Made by a program: the position numbers and the translations under genes. The notes beneath the pieces were generated by a model. The model worked only from the letters and a program-made list of their open reading frames with translations. It was not told the DNA's origin and ran no database searches. From the NCBI GenBank assembly GCA_037624485.1, contig JASJJC010000015.1:3326-67325 (forward strand): DNA of 64,000 nt, given 5' to 3'. This document shows positions 56,211 through 64,000 of the stretch, one piece after another (the first letter of the stretch is position 1; each line of letters begins with the position of its first letter). The DNA comes from Chitinophagales bacterium. Its GTDB lineage: Bacteria > Bacteroidota > Bacteroidia > Chitinophagales > UBA8649.

Positions 56211-57521
56211 TTATACAAGTTCTCCGAACAAATCAAAATCGGTGGCGTCCGTGATTTTTACATGGGCAAATTCCCCAATTGAAACATACTGCTTAGTGGC
56301 ATCCACTAAAACTTCATTATCCACATCTGGGGAGTCATACGCTGTTCGTCCCACAAAACTTTCACCTTCTTTCTTATCAAACAAGACTTTAAAAGTTTTT
56401 CCAATTTTAGCTTCGTTCAAGTCATAGGATATCTCTTGTTGTATTTCCATCAGTTCATTCGCTCGCTGAGCTTTTTCTTCTTCAGGGACATCGTCTTCCA
56501 ATTTGTATCCATGTGTACCTTCTTCGTGTGAGTAGGTGAATACACCTAATCGTTCAAAGCGCATTTCTTTTACAAAATCCTTTAACTCTTCAAAATCTTC
56601 TCTCGTTTCTCCTGGAAAACCGACTAACATGGTCGTTCGAATTGCAATCTCTGGAAGAATGCTGCGAATTTCATTAATGGTGTTTCTTGTATCTTGATTG
56701 GTAACTTTTCTGCGCATTGCTTTTAGCACATTGTTTGAAGCATGTTGCAATGGAATATCAAGATAATTACAAATCTTTGGCTGACGTGCCATCGTTTCAA
56801 TAATATCCATAGGGAATTGAGAGGGGTAGGCATAGTGCAGCCGAATCCATTCGATGCCCTCAATATCGCAAAAAGCATCTAGCAATAAAGACAAGCTTCG
56901 TTTTTTATAAATATCTAATCCATAAAAAGTAAGCTCTTGTGCAATTAACATAATTTCTTTTACGCCTTGTGCAGCTAAATGTTTTACTTCTTTAACTAAC
57001 TCTTCAATGGGTTTAGAAATATGCTTTCCTCGCATAATAGGAATGGCACAAAATGCACATGTTCGATTGCACCCTTCAGATATTTTCACATAGGCATAAT
57101 GTCGTGGAGTGGTTAATAAACGTTCACCCACCAATTCATGCTTATAATCTGCTTTAAGCGTTTTTAATAATGCAGGCAACTCTCTAGTGCCGTAAAAGGA
57201 ATCGACTTCCTTAATCTCTTGCTCCAAGTTGTCTTTATATCGTTGTGATAAGCAACCAGTTACGTATAGCTTGTCGATCACGCCTTCACGCTTAGCTTCA
57301 GCATAATCTAGGATGGTGTTTATAGATTCTTCTTTTGCTTTATCAATAAAGCCACAGGTGTTGACTACCACTATATTAAAATCTTCATCTTGACTTTCAT
57401 GGGCAACATCAATGTTGTTGCCTTTCAGCTGTCCCATGAGAACTTCCGAGTCTACAAGATTCTTTGAGCAGCCCAAGGTGACTACATTTACTTTATTCTT
57501 TTTTAGTGTTTTTGTCTTCAT
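56211..57521 (-). CDS. rimO: Ribosomal protein S12 methylthiotransferase RimO
   Basis: VNVVTLGCSKNLVDSE, radical-SAM motif CNRTCAFCAIP and a C-terminal TRAM domain. Confidence 0.9.
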   Translation of the reverse strand: MKTKTLKKNKVNVVTLGCSKNLVDSEVLMGQLKGNNIDVAHESQDEDFNIVVVNTCGFIDKAKEESINTILDYAEAKREGVIDKLYVTGCLSQRYKDNLEQEIKEVDSFYGTRELPALLKTLKADYKHELVGERLLTTPRHYAYVKISEGCNRTCAFCAIPIMRGKHISKPIEELVKEVKHLAAQGVKEIMLIAQELTFYGLDIYKKRSLSLLLDAFCDIEGIEWIRLHYAYPSQFPMDIIETMARQPKICNYLDIPLQHASNNVLKAMRRKVTNQDTRNTINEIRSILPEIAIRTTMLVGFPGETREDFEELKDFVKEMRFERLGVFTYSHEEGTHGYKLEDDVPEEEKAQRANELMEIQQEISYDLNEAKIGKTFKVLFDKKEGESFVGRTAYDSPDVDNEVLVDATKQYVSIGEFAHVKITDATDFDLFGELV

Positions 57522-57686
57522 AGCGAGAGGTAAAGGTAAGGAGAAACTGATGAAAATTGATTTTAGTTCAATAGACAGAAATACTTGCTTAATTTTTCAC
57601 TTGACAGCCTCTTGAAACCTTGAAATAAAAGCTATGATTAAGCTAAGTAATTCTAATCAATCTTATTAGGCTCTTTGATTTTATAC

Positions 57687-57694
57687 TATCTTTG
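57687..57694 (+). promoter_or_regulatory. Bacteroidota-type -7 promoter box for porQ
   Basis: TATCTTTG lies 37 nt upstream of the TTG start at 57731. Confidence 0.4.
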
Positions 57695-57730
57695 CTATGG
57701 CAGCGTTAAAATATCACTAGCTTATATCAC

Positions 57731-58798
57731 TTGAAGAACTTAATTCCCATATTTTTTTCTCTTATAAATGTTGTTTTTGCCCAGATTGGGGGCACTAGCA
57801 CTTTCCAATTTTTAGATATGCCGGTATCTGCAAGGGCAACATCTCAAGGGGGTATCTACAATCACTTGTACGAGAATGATGCTGGTTTAGCTTTTGGCAT
57901 GCCTGCTATGTTAAATAGTGCTATGCACAAGCAGTTTGCCATATCTTATTTACCCTATTTTGCGGGGAGTCACTCTGCTAATTTAAATTATATACATGAT
58001 TTTAAACGAGCTACATTTCAGTTTGGTACACAGTTTATGAATTATGGAAAACTCATTCAATATGATGAATTGGGCACAGCGCAAGGACTATTCAATGCAA
58101 CCGATGTAGCCTTGGTGGCTGGTGCAGGGCATTCGTATAAGGATAAGTTTAAGTTTGGCGCAAATGCCAAGCTTGCTGTTTCGCAAATTGAAAGTTACAC
58201 GGCATTAGGAATGGCTTTCGATTTATCCGCAATGTTTGTAGATACCGCTAAATTGTTTTCCGCTTCCTTGATTATTCGCAATCTTGGATTCCAACTGAAG
58301 GCATATACGAAGGGCAATCAAGAGTTGATGCCCACGGATATCCAAGTTGGCCTATCCAAACGCTTGAAGCATCTGCCTTTTCGCATCAATTTGACGGGTC
58401 ATAACTTCACGCGATGGGATGTTCGCTACAATGACCCCAGCGCAGCGCAGATCGCCACTACTATTTTTGATGATGATGAAAATGATGGGCCAGGAGGAGC
58501 CGCAGTCTTTTTTGATAATTTTATGCGACATATAATTATTGGTGGAGAGTTTCAATTTGGAAAAGCTTTTAACATGGGCTTTGCATATAATTATCATCGC
58601 AGGGCAGAGCTTGCTTTGCAATCTAAAGGGGGCTTATCAGGATTTAGTTTTGGTTTTGGATTGAAAATTAATCGAATTGGTATTCAATATGGGATGGGCA
58701 AATATACTAATGCCGGAGCAGCAAATCATTTGACCTTGAATATCAACTTAGGTCAGCAAATAAAGATTAGGCAAGCCCATGTCAAGGAGATTGAATGA
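57731..58798 (+). CDS. porQ: Type IX secretion system protein PorQ (PorV/PorQ-family outer-membrane barrel)
   Basis: Signal peptide, then GGTSTFQFLDMPVSARATSQGG (the PorQ N-terminal signature as I recall it); about 340 aa of beta-barrel-like sequence. Confidence 0.7.
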   Translation: MKNLIPIFFSLINVVFAQIGGTSTFQFLDMPVSARATSQGGIYNHLYENDAGLAFGMPAMLNSAMHKQFAISYLPYFAGSHSANLNYIHDFKRATFQFGTQFMNYGKLIQYDELGTAQGLFNATDVALVAGAGHSYKDKFKFGANAKLAVSQIESYTALGMAFDLSAMFVDTAKLFSASLIIRNLGFQLKAYTKGNQELMPTDIQVGLSKRLKHLPFRINLTGHNFTRWDVRYNDPSAAQIATTIFDDDENDGPGGAAVFFDNFMRHIIIGGEFQFGKAFNMGFAYNYHRRAELALQSKGGLSGFSFGFGLKINRIGIQYGMGKYTNAGAANHLTLNINLGQQIKIRQAHVKEIE

Positions 58799-58975
58799 TT
58801 TTTTTAGATTGCAGAGCAGCTATATATCGGTAAATCAGGTGTAAATCCATTATTTTTTATAAAGAGTTTTAACGAATTCGGCTTGTTCTCAGCGTCATAA
58901 ATAAATACTGCTTTTAATCTTTAATTTTCCTTTAAAATTTCTATTCAAAACCTAGTAATTTTCGGAGGCTTTCCT

Positions 58976-58983
58976 TACCTTTG
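58976..58983 (+). promoter_or_regulatory. Bacteroidota-type -7 promoter box for rpsA, giving an AU-rich leader of about 100 nt
   Basis: TACCTTTG lies 109 nt upstream of the ATG at 59092. Confidence 0.5.
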
Positions 58984-59091
58984 CAGCCCAAATTTATTTT
59001 ATTATTAATCTGGTTTTTTGAAAAACTATCAATATGAATGCAATATAATTTTGTAAACTACTGGTAGCCAAATAACTACAAACAAGAAAAA

Positions 59092-61326
59092 ATGTCAACA
59101 AAAAAAGACGATTTAAAAAAAATTAGCGGTGTTGGACCAGCTTTTGAAAAAAGATTGAATGCTTTAGGTTTACATACCTACGCAGACCTCACTGCTTTAA
59201 CAGACAAAAACATTGAGAAGTTAGAAAAGACTGATTCAATGACAAGTCTGGAGGGATGGCACAAATGGATGGACGAAGCTAAAGTATTAGCTGCAGATTC
59301 ATCGGCTACAGCGGCTCCTAAGAAAGTAAAGAAAACAACGAAAAAAACAACGAAAAAAGCAGCCCCAAAGGCTGAAGTAGTTGAAGAGATTCCTGCTGTG
59401 GAAGAAGCTTCAGAAGAAGCTACACCAGCAGAGGTTAAAGAAGAATTAGTGAAGCCATTGAAAGATGTTGTGGAGCAAGTAGCAGATAATAGTGCTGATG
59501 CTTCTGAAGTGCCTAATATGGAAGAAGAGGTATTAGAAACTGCTCACGATGATTTTGATTGGACAGTAAATAAAAGAAATGTAAGTGAGTACACTGACGC
59601 TGTAAAAGCTGAAATGGAAGCTACCTATACAAAATCTCTTACGACTTTAGAAGAAAACACACTTGTTAAAGGTGTTGTAGTTAGCATGACTGCAGCAGAT
59701 GTGGTCCTAAATGTTGGATTCAAATCTGATGGTTTAGTTGCTAAGTCTGAGTTTAGAGATATAGAAGACCTCAAGGTAGGGGATGAAGTAGATGTATACG
59801 TAGTAACCACTGAGAATCTTAAAGGTCAATTAGAATTATCTAGAAAGAAAGCGAAATTATTGAGTGCATGGGCAAGTATTAAGTCTGCTTATGAAAATGA
59901 TGAAATCGTTAAAGGTACAATCACAACCAAAACTAAGGGTGGTTTGATTGCAGATGTATTTGGATTAGAAACATTCTTACCTGGATCTCAAATTGATGTT
60001 AAACCAATTATCGATTATGATATATATGTTGGTAAGACGATGGAATTTAAAGTTGTGAAAATTAACGAGTCTATTAAGAACGCGGTAGTTTCTCATAAAG
60101 CTTTGATTGAGTCTGATATCGAAGAGCAAAGACAAGAAATTATTTCTCAATTAGAGAAAGGCCAAGTTCTTGAAGGAACAATTAAAAATATTACTGATTT
60201 CGGTGCATTTATCGATCTAGGTGGTGTTGATGGTTTATTATATATTACTGATATTTCTTGGGGTAGAATTAATCACCCGAATGAAGTATTGGAATTGAAC
60301 CAAAAAATTAATGTAGTCGTTCTTGAATTTGATGATAATAAGAAACGTATTTCATTAGGTCTTAAGCAACTGCAACAACATCCTTGGGACGAGTTTGGCG
60401 ACAAAATTGACGTTGGTCAAAAAGTTAAAGGTAAAATTGTAAATGTTGAAGATTACGGTGCATTCTTAGAAATCAATGCAGGAGTTGAAGGTTTAATTCA
60501 CGTAAGTGAAGTAGCTTGGAGTAACGAGCCGATAAATGCAAGAGACTTCTTCAAGTTGGGCGATGAGCACGAATCTATTGTGATGACTATCGATAGAGAG
60601 GATCGTAAAATGTCATTATCTCTAAAACAATTGACCCCAGATCCTTGGAATGAAATTGGAAATAACTACCCAGTTGGTTCAAGGCATACGGGTGAAGTTA
60701 AAAACATTACTCCTTACGGTGTATTTGTGGAGCTTCAGCAGGGTATCGGAGGAATGGTTCATATCTCTGATTTATCTTGGACAAAACGTTTTAATCACCC
60801 ATCTGAGTTTACGAAAGTTGGTGCTGACATTGAATGTGTAGTTCTTGATATTGATAATGAGAATAGAAAATTGTCATTAGGTCATAAGCAAATTGAAGAA
60901 GATCCATGGGATACTTTCGAATCTGTATTTCCTGAAGGATCTGTTCATGAAGCAAGTATACTAAGTAAAGAGGAGAAGGGTGCGATTGTACTTTTACCAT
61001 ACGGTTTAGAAGGTTTTGCTCCAACTCGTCATTTAAAGAAAGAAGACGGATCTGAGCCTAAGGCTGATGATAAATTGGAATTCAAAGTAATTGAATTTAA
61101 CAGAAATGATAAACGTATCATTTTATCACACACTGCTATTCACAACGAAGACATCCAAGATGAGAAAATGGATAAGAAACGTGGTGGTGGCAAGAAGAGC
61201 GGAGGTTCTAGTGATGCTGTGAAGAAAATTCAATCTAACATTGAATCATCTACACTTGGAGATTTAGATGTATTATCTAAATTGAAGAAAGAGATGGAAT
61301 CTAACGAAAAGAAATCTAAGAAGTAA
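59092..61326 (+). CDS. rpsA: 30S ribosomal protein S1 with an N-terminal extension of about 150 aa (HhH motif + Lys-rich + acidic tract)
   Basis: Six S1 domains (for example GTIKNITDFGAFIDLGGVDGLLYITDIS and GEVKNITPYGVFVEL). The canonical Bacteroidota S1 N-terminus (..DDFDW..) begins near residue 150. Residues 1-150 contain LKKISGVGPAFEKRLNALGLHTYADL, AAPKKVKKTTKKTTKKAAPK and an acidic run. Confidence 0.9.
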   Translation: MSTKKDDLKKISGVGPAFEKRLNALGLHTYADLTALTDKNIEKLEKTDSMTSLEGWHKWMDEAKVLAADSSATAAPKKVKKTTKKTTKKAAPKAEVVEEIPAVEEASEEATPAEVKEELVKPLKDVVEQVADNSADASEVPNMEEEVLETAHDDFDWTVNKRNVSEYTDAVKAEMEATYTKSLTTLEENTLVKGVVVSMTAADVVLNVGFKSDGLVAKSEFRDIEDLKVGDEVDVYVVTTENLKGQLELSRKKAKLLSAWASIKSAYENDEIVKGTITTKTKGGLIADVFGLETFLPGSQIDVKPIIDYDIYVGKTMEFKVVKINESIKNAVVSHKALIESDIEEQRQEIISQLEKGQVLEGTIKNITDFGAFIDLGGVDGLLYITDISWGRINHPNEVLELNQKINVVVLEFDDNKKRISLGLKQLQQHPWDEFGDKIDVGQKVKGKIVNVEDYGAFLEINAGVEGLIHVSEVAWSNEPINARDFFKLGDEHESIVMTIDREDRKMSLSLKQLTPDPWNEIGNNYPVGSRHTGEVKNITPYGVFVELQQGIGGMVHISDLSWTKRFNHPSEFTKVGADIECVVLDIDNENRKLSLGHKQIEEDPWDTFESVFPEGSVHEASILSKEEKGAIVLLPYGLEGFAPTRHLKKEDGSEPKADDKLEFKVIEFNRNDKRIILSHTAIHNEDIQDEKMDKKRGGGKKSGGSSDAVKKIQSNIESSTLGDLDVLSKLKKEMESNEKKSKK

Positions 61327-61353
61327 TTCTAGATTTTAGGATTTACCATAAAT

Positions 61354-61387
61354 AAAAAAGTCCCCCGATATTCGGGGGACTTTTTTA
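61354..61387. terminator. Bidirectional rho-independent terminator between convergent rpsA and the SDR gene
   Basis: AAAAAA-GTCCCCCG-ATATT-CGGGGGAC-TTTTTTA: a GC-rich 8-bp stem flanked by an A tract and a T tract. Confidence 0.85.
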
Positions 61388-61412
61388 TTTTACAAGCTTA
61401 CAGTATATTAAT

Positions 61413-62828
61413 TTACCTTGCTATTCCTTTAATCATTCCTTTAAAAATAAAGCCATGAAAAGGAATAACCGCATACCAATAGAGACGGCCGAGGATACCT
61501 AAGGGACGAAATGTAGCCGTTTGAATCAAGTCATTTCCCTCTATCTTAAATTCCAACCAGGCCTCTCCAGGTAGTTTCATTTCAGCGTAAAGCAAAAGTC
61601 TTCCCTCTTTTTTATCCGCGTAAAGTACTCGCCAAAAATCTAGCGCATCTCCTGCATTGATGTGATTAGTATTTGTTCGACCTCTTCGAAGGCCTACGCC
61701 TCCGACTAGCTTATCAATATTACCTCGCAATGACCATAGCCAATTAGCTGAATACCAGCCCGTTTCACCACCAATTTGCCAAATGCGATCAATAACTTCC
61801 TCTTTATTCGTGAATACTTGTTTCTTTTGGTCAACGAAAACACCAAAGGCAGGTACTTGAATGAAATCTGAGATATCTGCTTTAAATCCACTACTCGCAT
61901 AGGCATCTTTCCAACTGGATGCGATTTCATTGTTCTCTACTTTTTGAAAAGCCCTAAGCAATGATTCCTCATAGCCGATGGGTTTTATGTCTACAATCTC
62001 ATTCAATGAATGATTTCTGCACACGACTTCCACCTTCATACTATCAACTAAAGAGGTGGCTAACTTAAAAGATGTCGAGGTTACGAAATACAACCAATAG
62101 GAGGAAAGTTTAGGAGTCATTACTGGTAAAGTAAAAATATACCTGTTTAAATTTCGAACCTTGGCAAAGTTGAGCAACATTTCCTTATAGGTAAGTATGT
62201 CTGTTCCACCAATATCAAAGTTTTTATTGAAAGTTTGTACATTCATTAAAGTTTTAGAGAGAAACGAAATAACATCTGTAATTCCAATTGGCTGACATCT
62301 AGTCTTTAACCATTTTGGGGTTATCATAATTGGCAGTTTTTCTACTATGTCTCTTATTATCTCGAATGATGCACTACCTGAGCCGATAATAATCCCAGCA
62401 CGCAGGCAAGTGAAGTTGTAATTACCTTGGGCAAGCTCCTCTTCTACATTTTTTCGAGACATCAAGTGTTCTGATAACTCATCTTCATTGACAATCCCAC
62501 TTAGATATATAAGGTGTTTTAGTTGAGTACCTTGCATCGCTATTCGGAAATTTTTGGCTGCTTGTTTTTCTAAGGCGCTATAGTTACTATCTGAAGTCAT
62601 ACTATGCACTAAAAAGTATGCGCCATCTATTTCCTTAGGAATTTTATGAAGTGATTCCTCATCCAAAAGATCTATCTCTATAACCTCTATTTTATCGACT
62701 AAGGACTGGAGTGGATTGAATCGCTTTTTATCCCTCACACAGCATATAACATGATGTCCTTGTTCAATTAAAGCAGGTAAAAGTCTTTTACCAATGTATC
62801 CAGTTGCACCTGTTAAGAGTATCCGCAT
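61413..62828 (-). CDS. NAD(P)-binding SDR/NmrA-like protein fused to a DUF2867 domain
   Basis: MRILLTGATGYIGKRL. C-terminal WYSANWLWSLRG.IDKLVGGVGLRRGR...GDALDFWRV...AEMKLPGEAWLEF is typical of DUF2867. Confidence 0.75.
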   Translation of the reverse strand: MRILLTGATGYIGKRLLPALIEQGHHVICCVRDKKRFNPLQSLVDKIEVIEIDLLDEESLHKIPKEIDGAYFLVHSMTSDSNYSALEKQAAKNFRIAMQGTQLKHLIYLSGIVNEDELSEHLMSRKNVEEELAQGNYNFTCLRAGIIIGSGSASFEIIRDIVEKLPIMITPKWLKTRCQPIGITDVISFLSKTLMNVQTFNKNFDIGGTDILTYKEMLLNFAKVRNLNRYIFTLPVMTPKLSSYWLYFVTSTSFKLATSLVDSMKVEVVCRNHSLNEIVDIKPIGYEESLLRAFQKVENNEIASSWKDAYASSGFKADISDFIQVPAFGVFVDQKKQVFTNKEEVIDRIWQIGGETGWYSANWLWSLRGNIDKLVGGVGLRRGRTNTNHINAGDALDFWRVLYADKKEGRLLLYAEMKLPGEAWLEFKIEGNDLIQTATFRPLGILGRLYWYAVIPFHGFIFKGMIKGIAR

Positions 62829-62938
62829 ATTTTAATTTCGCTTGTTTAAAAAAATCCTTTTTGATAGTAAGTAACTATAGAATTTAGATTCACACCAAAC
62901 TTAAACAATCTATCTTACAAGCAATGAGAAAATAGCAT

Positions 62939-63490
62939 CTACTTCCATTTGATATTACACCCTATGCTTGGAATTTGCTCAGCCGAAGGTGTTTTCCCCA
63001 ATAAAAGTTGGTCAAGAGCTTGTCCCAGATCTTTTCCTGTTGCTTCTCCCATATTCGGTCGGGTTTCATCAAATCTGCCTCGATAGGAACAACTTAACTT
63101 TCCGTCAAATACAAAAATGTCAGGCGTGCACTCAGCTCCATATGCTCTAGCAACTTCCTGACTTTCATCATAAAGATAGGGGAAGGGGTAGCTCTCTTTA
63201 TGGGCCGTGACTTTCATTTGCTCTGGTCCATCTTGAGGATGAGTCTCTACATTATTGCTGCTAATAGCAATAAATTGGATGCCTTGGGTTTGATAATTGT
63301 TGGCTAGTTCAACTAGTTTTGAATTAATATGATGTACAAATGGACAATGATTACATATAAAAACTATTACAGTGCCAATATTAGACTGAATTTCCTTCAG
63401 ACTTAACACTTTATCGGACACAGTATCTAGAAGTTTAAAGCTAGGCGCTTGCGTAGTAAGTTTCATCATGTTGGAGGTTGTCAGTGCCAT
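62939..63490 (-). CDS. Thioredoxin-fold protein (AhpC/TSA-like thiol-disulfide oxidoreductase)
   Basis: Redox motif CNHCPF in a thioredoxin-fold context (VIVFICNHCPFVHH...FIAISSN). Confidence 0.75.
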   Translation of the reverse strand: MALTTSNMMKLTTQAPSFKLLDTVSDKVLSLKEIQSNIGTVIVFICNHCPFVHHINSKLVELANNYQTQGIQFIAISSNNVETHPQDGPEQMKVTAHKESYPFPYLYDESQEVARAYGAECTPDIFVFDGKLSCSYRGRFDETRPNMGEATGKDLGQALDQLLLGKTPSAEQIPSIGCNIKWK

Positions 63491-63517
63491 TTTAAGGTCT
63501 ATAATTGGTAAACAAAA

Positions 63518-64000
63518 TTATTGTAAAGCCTCTAGCCTTTCAATTAATGGTGGATGTGAGTAGTGCACAAAAACATAGCTAGGGTGAGGTGTCAGATTAC
63601 TCAAATGATTCACGCTTAGATTTTTAAGTGCAGTTTGCAGTGGTTCTCCGTTATAGGTTTCTTTAGCAAAATTGTCAGCTTCAAACTCATTTTTACGAGA
63701 AAGGAGGTTCATGCCAATACCAGTCATTAAGGAAATTGGAGAGTAAAGCATTGAAAACCCTATTAGCGCTATATGAAAACTATTTGAACTTGCACCTAAT
63801 GCTTCTCCTAACATTGAACTACTAGAAAGAAGTCCAAAAAGAAAAAATAGAACACCCGTTTGAATAACCCCTAGAATCATCCCTTGTTTAATGTGGTTTT
63901 TTTTATAGTGACCAACTTCATGCGCTAGTATGGCGGTTAATTCTTCTTCTGTATTATCCTTCATTAAGGTGTCATAAAGTACAATAGCTTTCTTTTTTCC
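63518..64000 (-). CDS. M48-family (Ste24/HtpX-like) zinc metallopeptidase, C-terminal part; the N-terminus lies beyond the window
   Basis: HEXXH motif AHEVGHYKKNH, TM segments and a downstream EFEAD. The reading frame stays open upstream of the listed Met at 63964 to the window edge (GKKKAIVLYDTL-MKDN...). Confidence 0.8.
   Translation of the reverse strand, partial: GKKKAIVLYDTLMKDNTEEELTAILAHEVGHYKKNHIKQGMILGVIQTGVLFFLFGLLSSSSMLGEALGASSNSFHIALIGFSMLYSPISLMTGIGMNLLSRKNEFEADNFAKETYNGEPLQTALKNLSVNHLSNLTPHPSYVFVHYSHPPLIERLEALQ

Noticed and set aside
56206-56427. 73-aa plus-strand ORF overlapping the 3' end of rimO. Similar antisense ORFs lie in ffh, gap, pepA, pdxA, tgt, rpsA and others.
   Set aside because: All lie antisense within well-supported conserved genes and show no motif. 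They are shadow ORFs.
1-64000. Window-wide search for tRNA, rRNA, tmRNA, CRISPR arrays, transposases, integrases, reverse transcriptases and known multi-gene defence systems
   Set aside because: None was recognised. The intergenic regions are short (at most about 290 bp). None showed a T-loop (GTTCGAATC-type) or regularly spaced repeats. No ORF showed DDE, tyrosine-recombinase or RT motifs.

Overview
This 64-kb window looks like a low-GC Bacteroidota chromosome, probably Flavobacteriia-like. Supporting evidence: a PorQ gene, a PorV-like gene, several T9SS C-terminal sorting domains, BshC, a 289-aa RpoD, TAnnTTTG -7 boxes and A-rich leaders without Shine-Dalgarno sequences.

I found no rRNA, tRNA, CRISPR array, transposase or integrase. 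About 80% of the window is tightly packed housekeeping: ffh, gap, rpoD, rplU-rpmA, ruvX-def, pdxA, M17 aminopeptidase, rsmA, greA, ruvC, dnaB, tgt, rsmG, lplA, bshC, rimO and rpsA, plus two LptF/G-type permeases and a PAP2 + GT39 envelope pair.

Two regions are not ordinary.
1. 4.2-14.6 kb is an accessory stretch. It holds a T9SS-targeted GH16 and a GH2 beta-galactosidase. It also holds a seven-gene minus-strand string (7094-11298): a T9SS-CTD protein, a fibre-like secreted protein, a signal-peptide HNH nuclease with a Cys-rich tail, an 81-aa ORF, a DKYN-repeat protein, a Rieske oxygenase and a small unknown.
2. 32.05-41.54 kb is one promoter-to-terminator unit encoding three outer-membrane or secreted proteins: a 1246-aa CarboxypepD_reg/plug/oversized barrel, a 1360-aa secreted protein with a CTD-like beta-sandwich end, and a PorV-like barrel fused to an OmpA_C domain. 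I cannot assign this trio to any characterised system, and it is my best candidate for something undescribed.

Smaller oddities:
- Lys/Ala/Pro-rich extensions on ribosomal proteins L27 (C-terminal) and S1 (N-terminal, with a helix-hairpin-helix motif).
- A CHI-like gene at the left edge, broken by two compensating homopolymer frameshifts.
- Divergent start codons sharing CATG, and convergent stop codons sharing CTAG.
- A cluster of ACAATT palindromes in a divergent promoter.

All family names come from motif recognition by eye. No database search was run.
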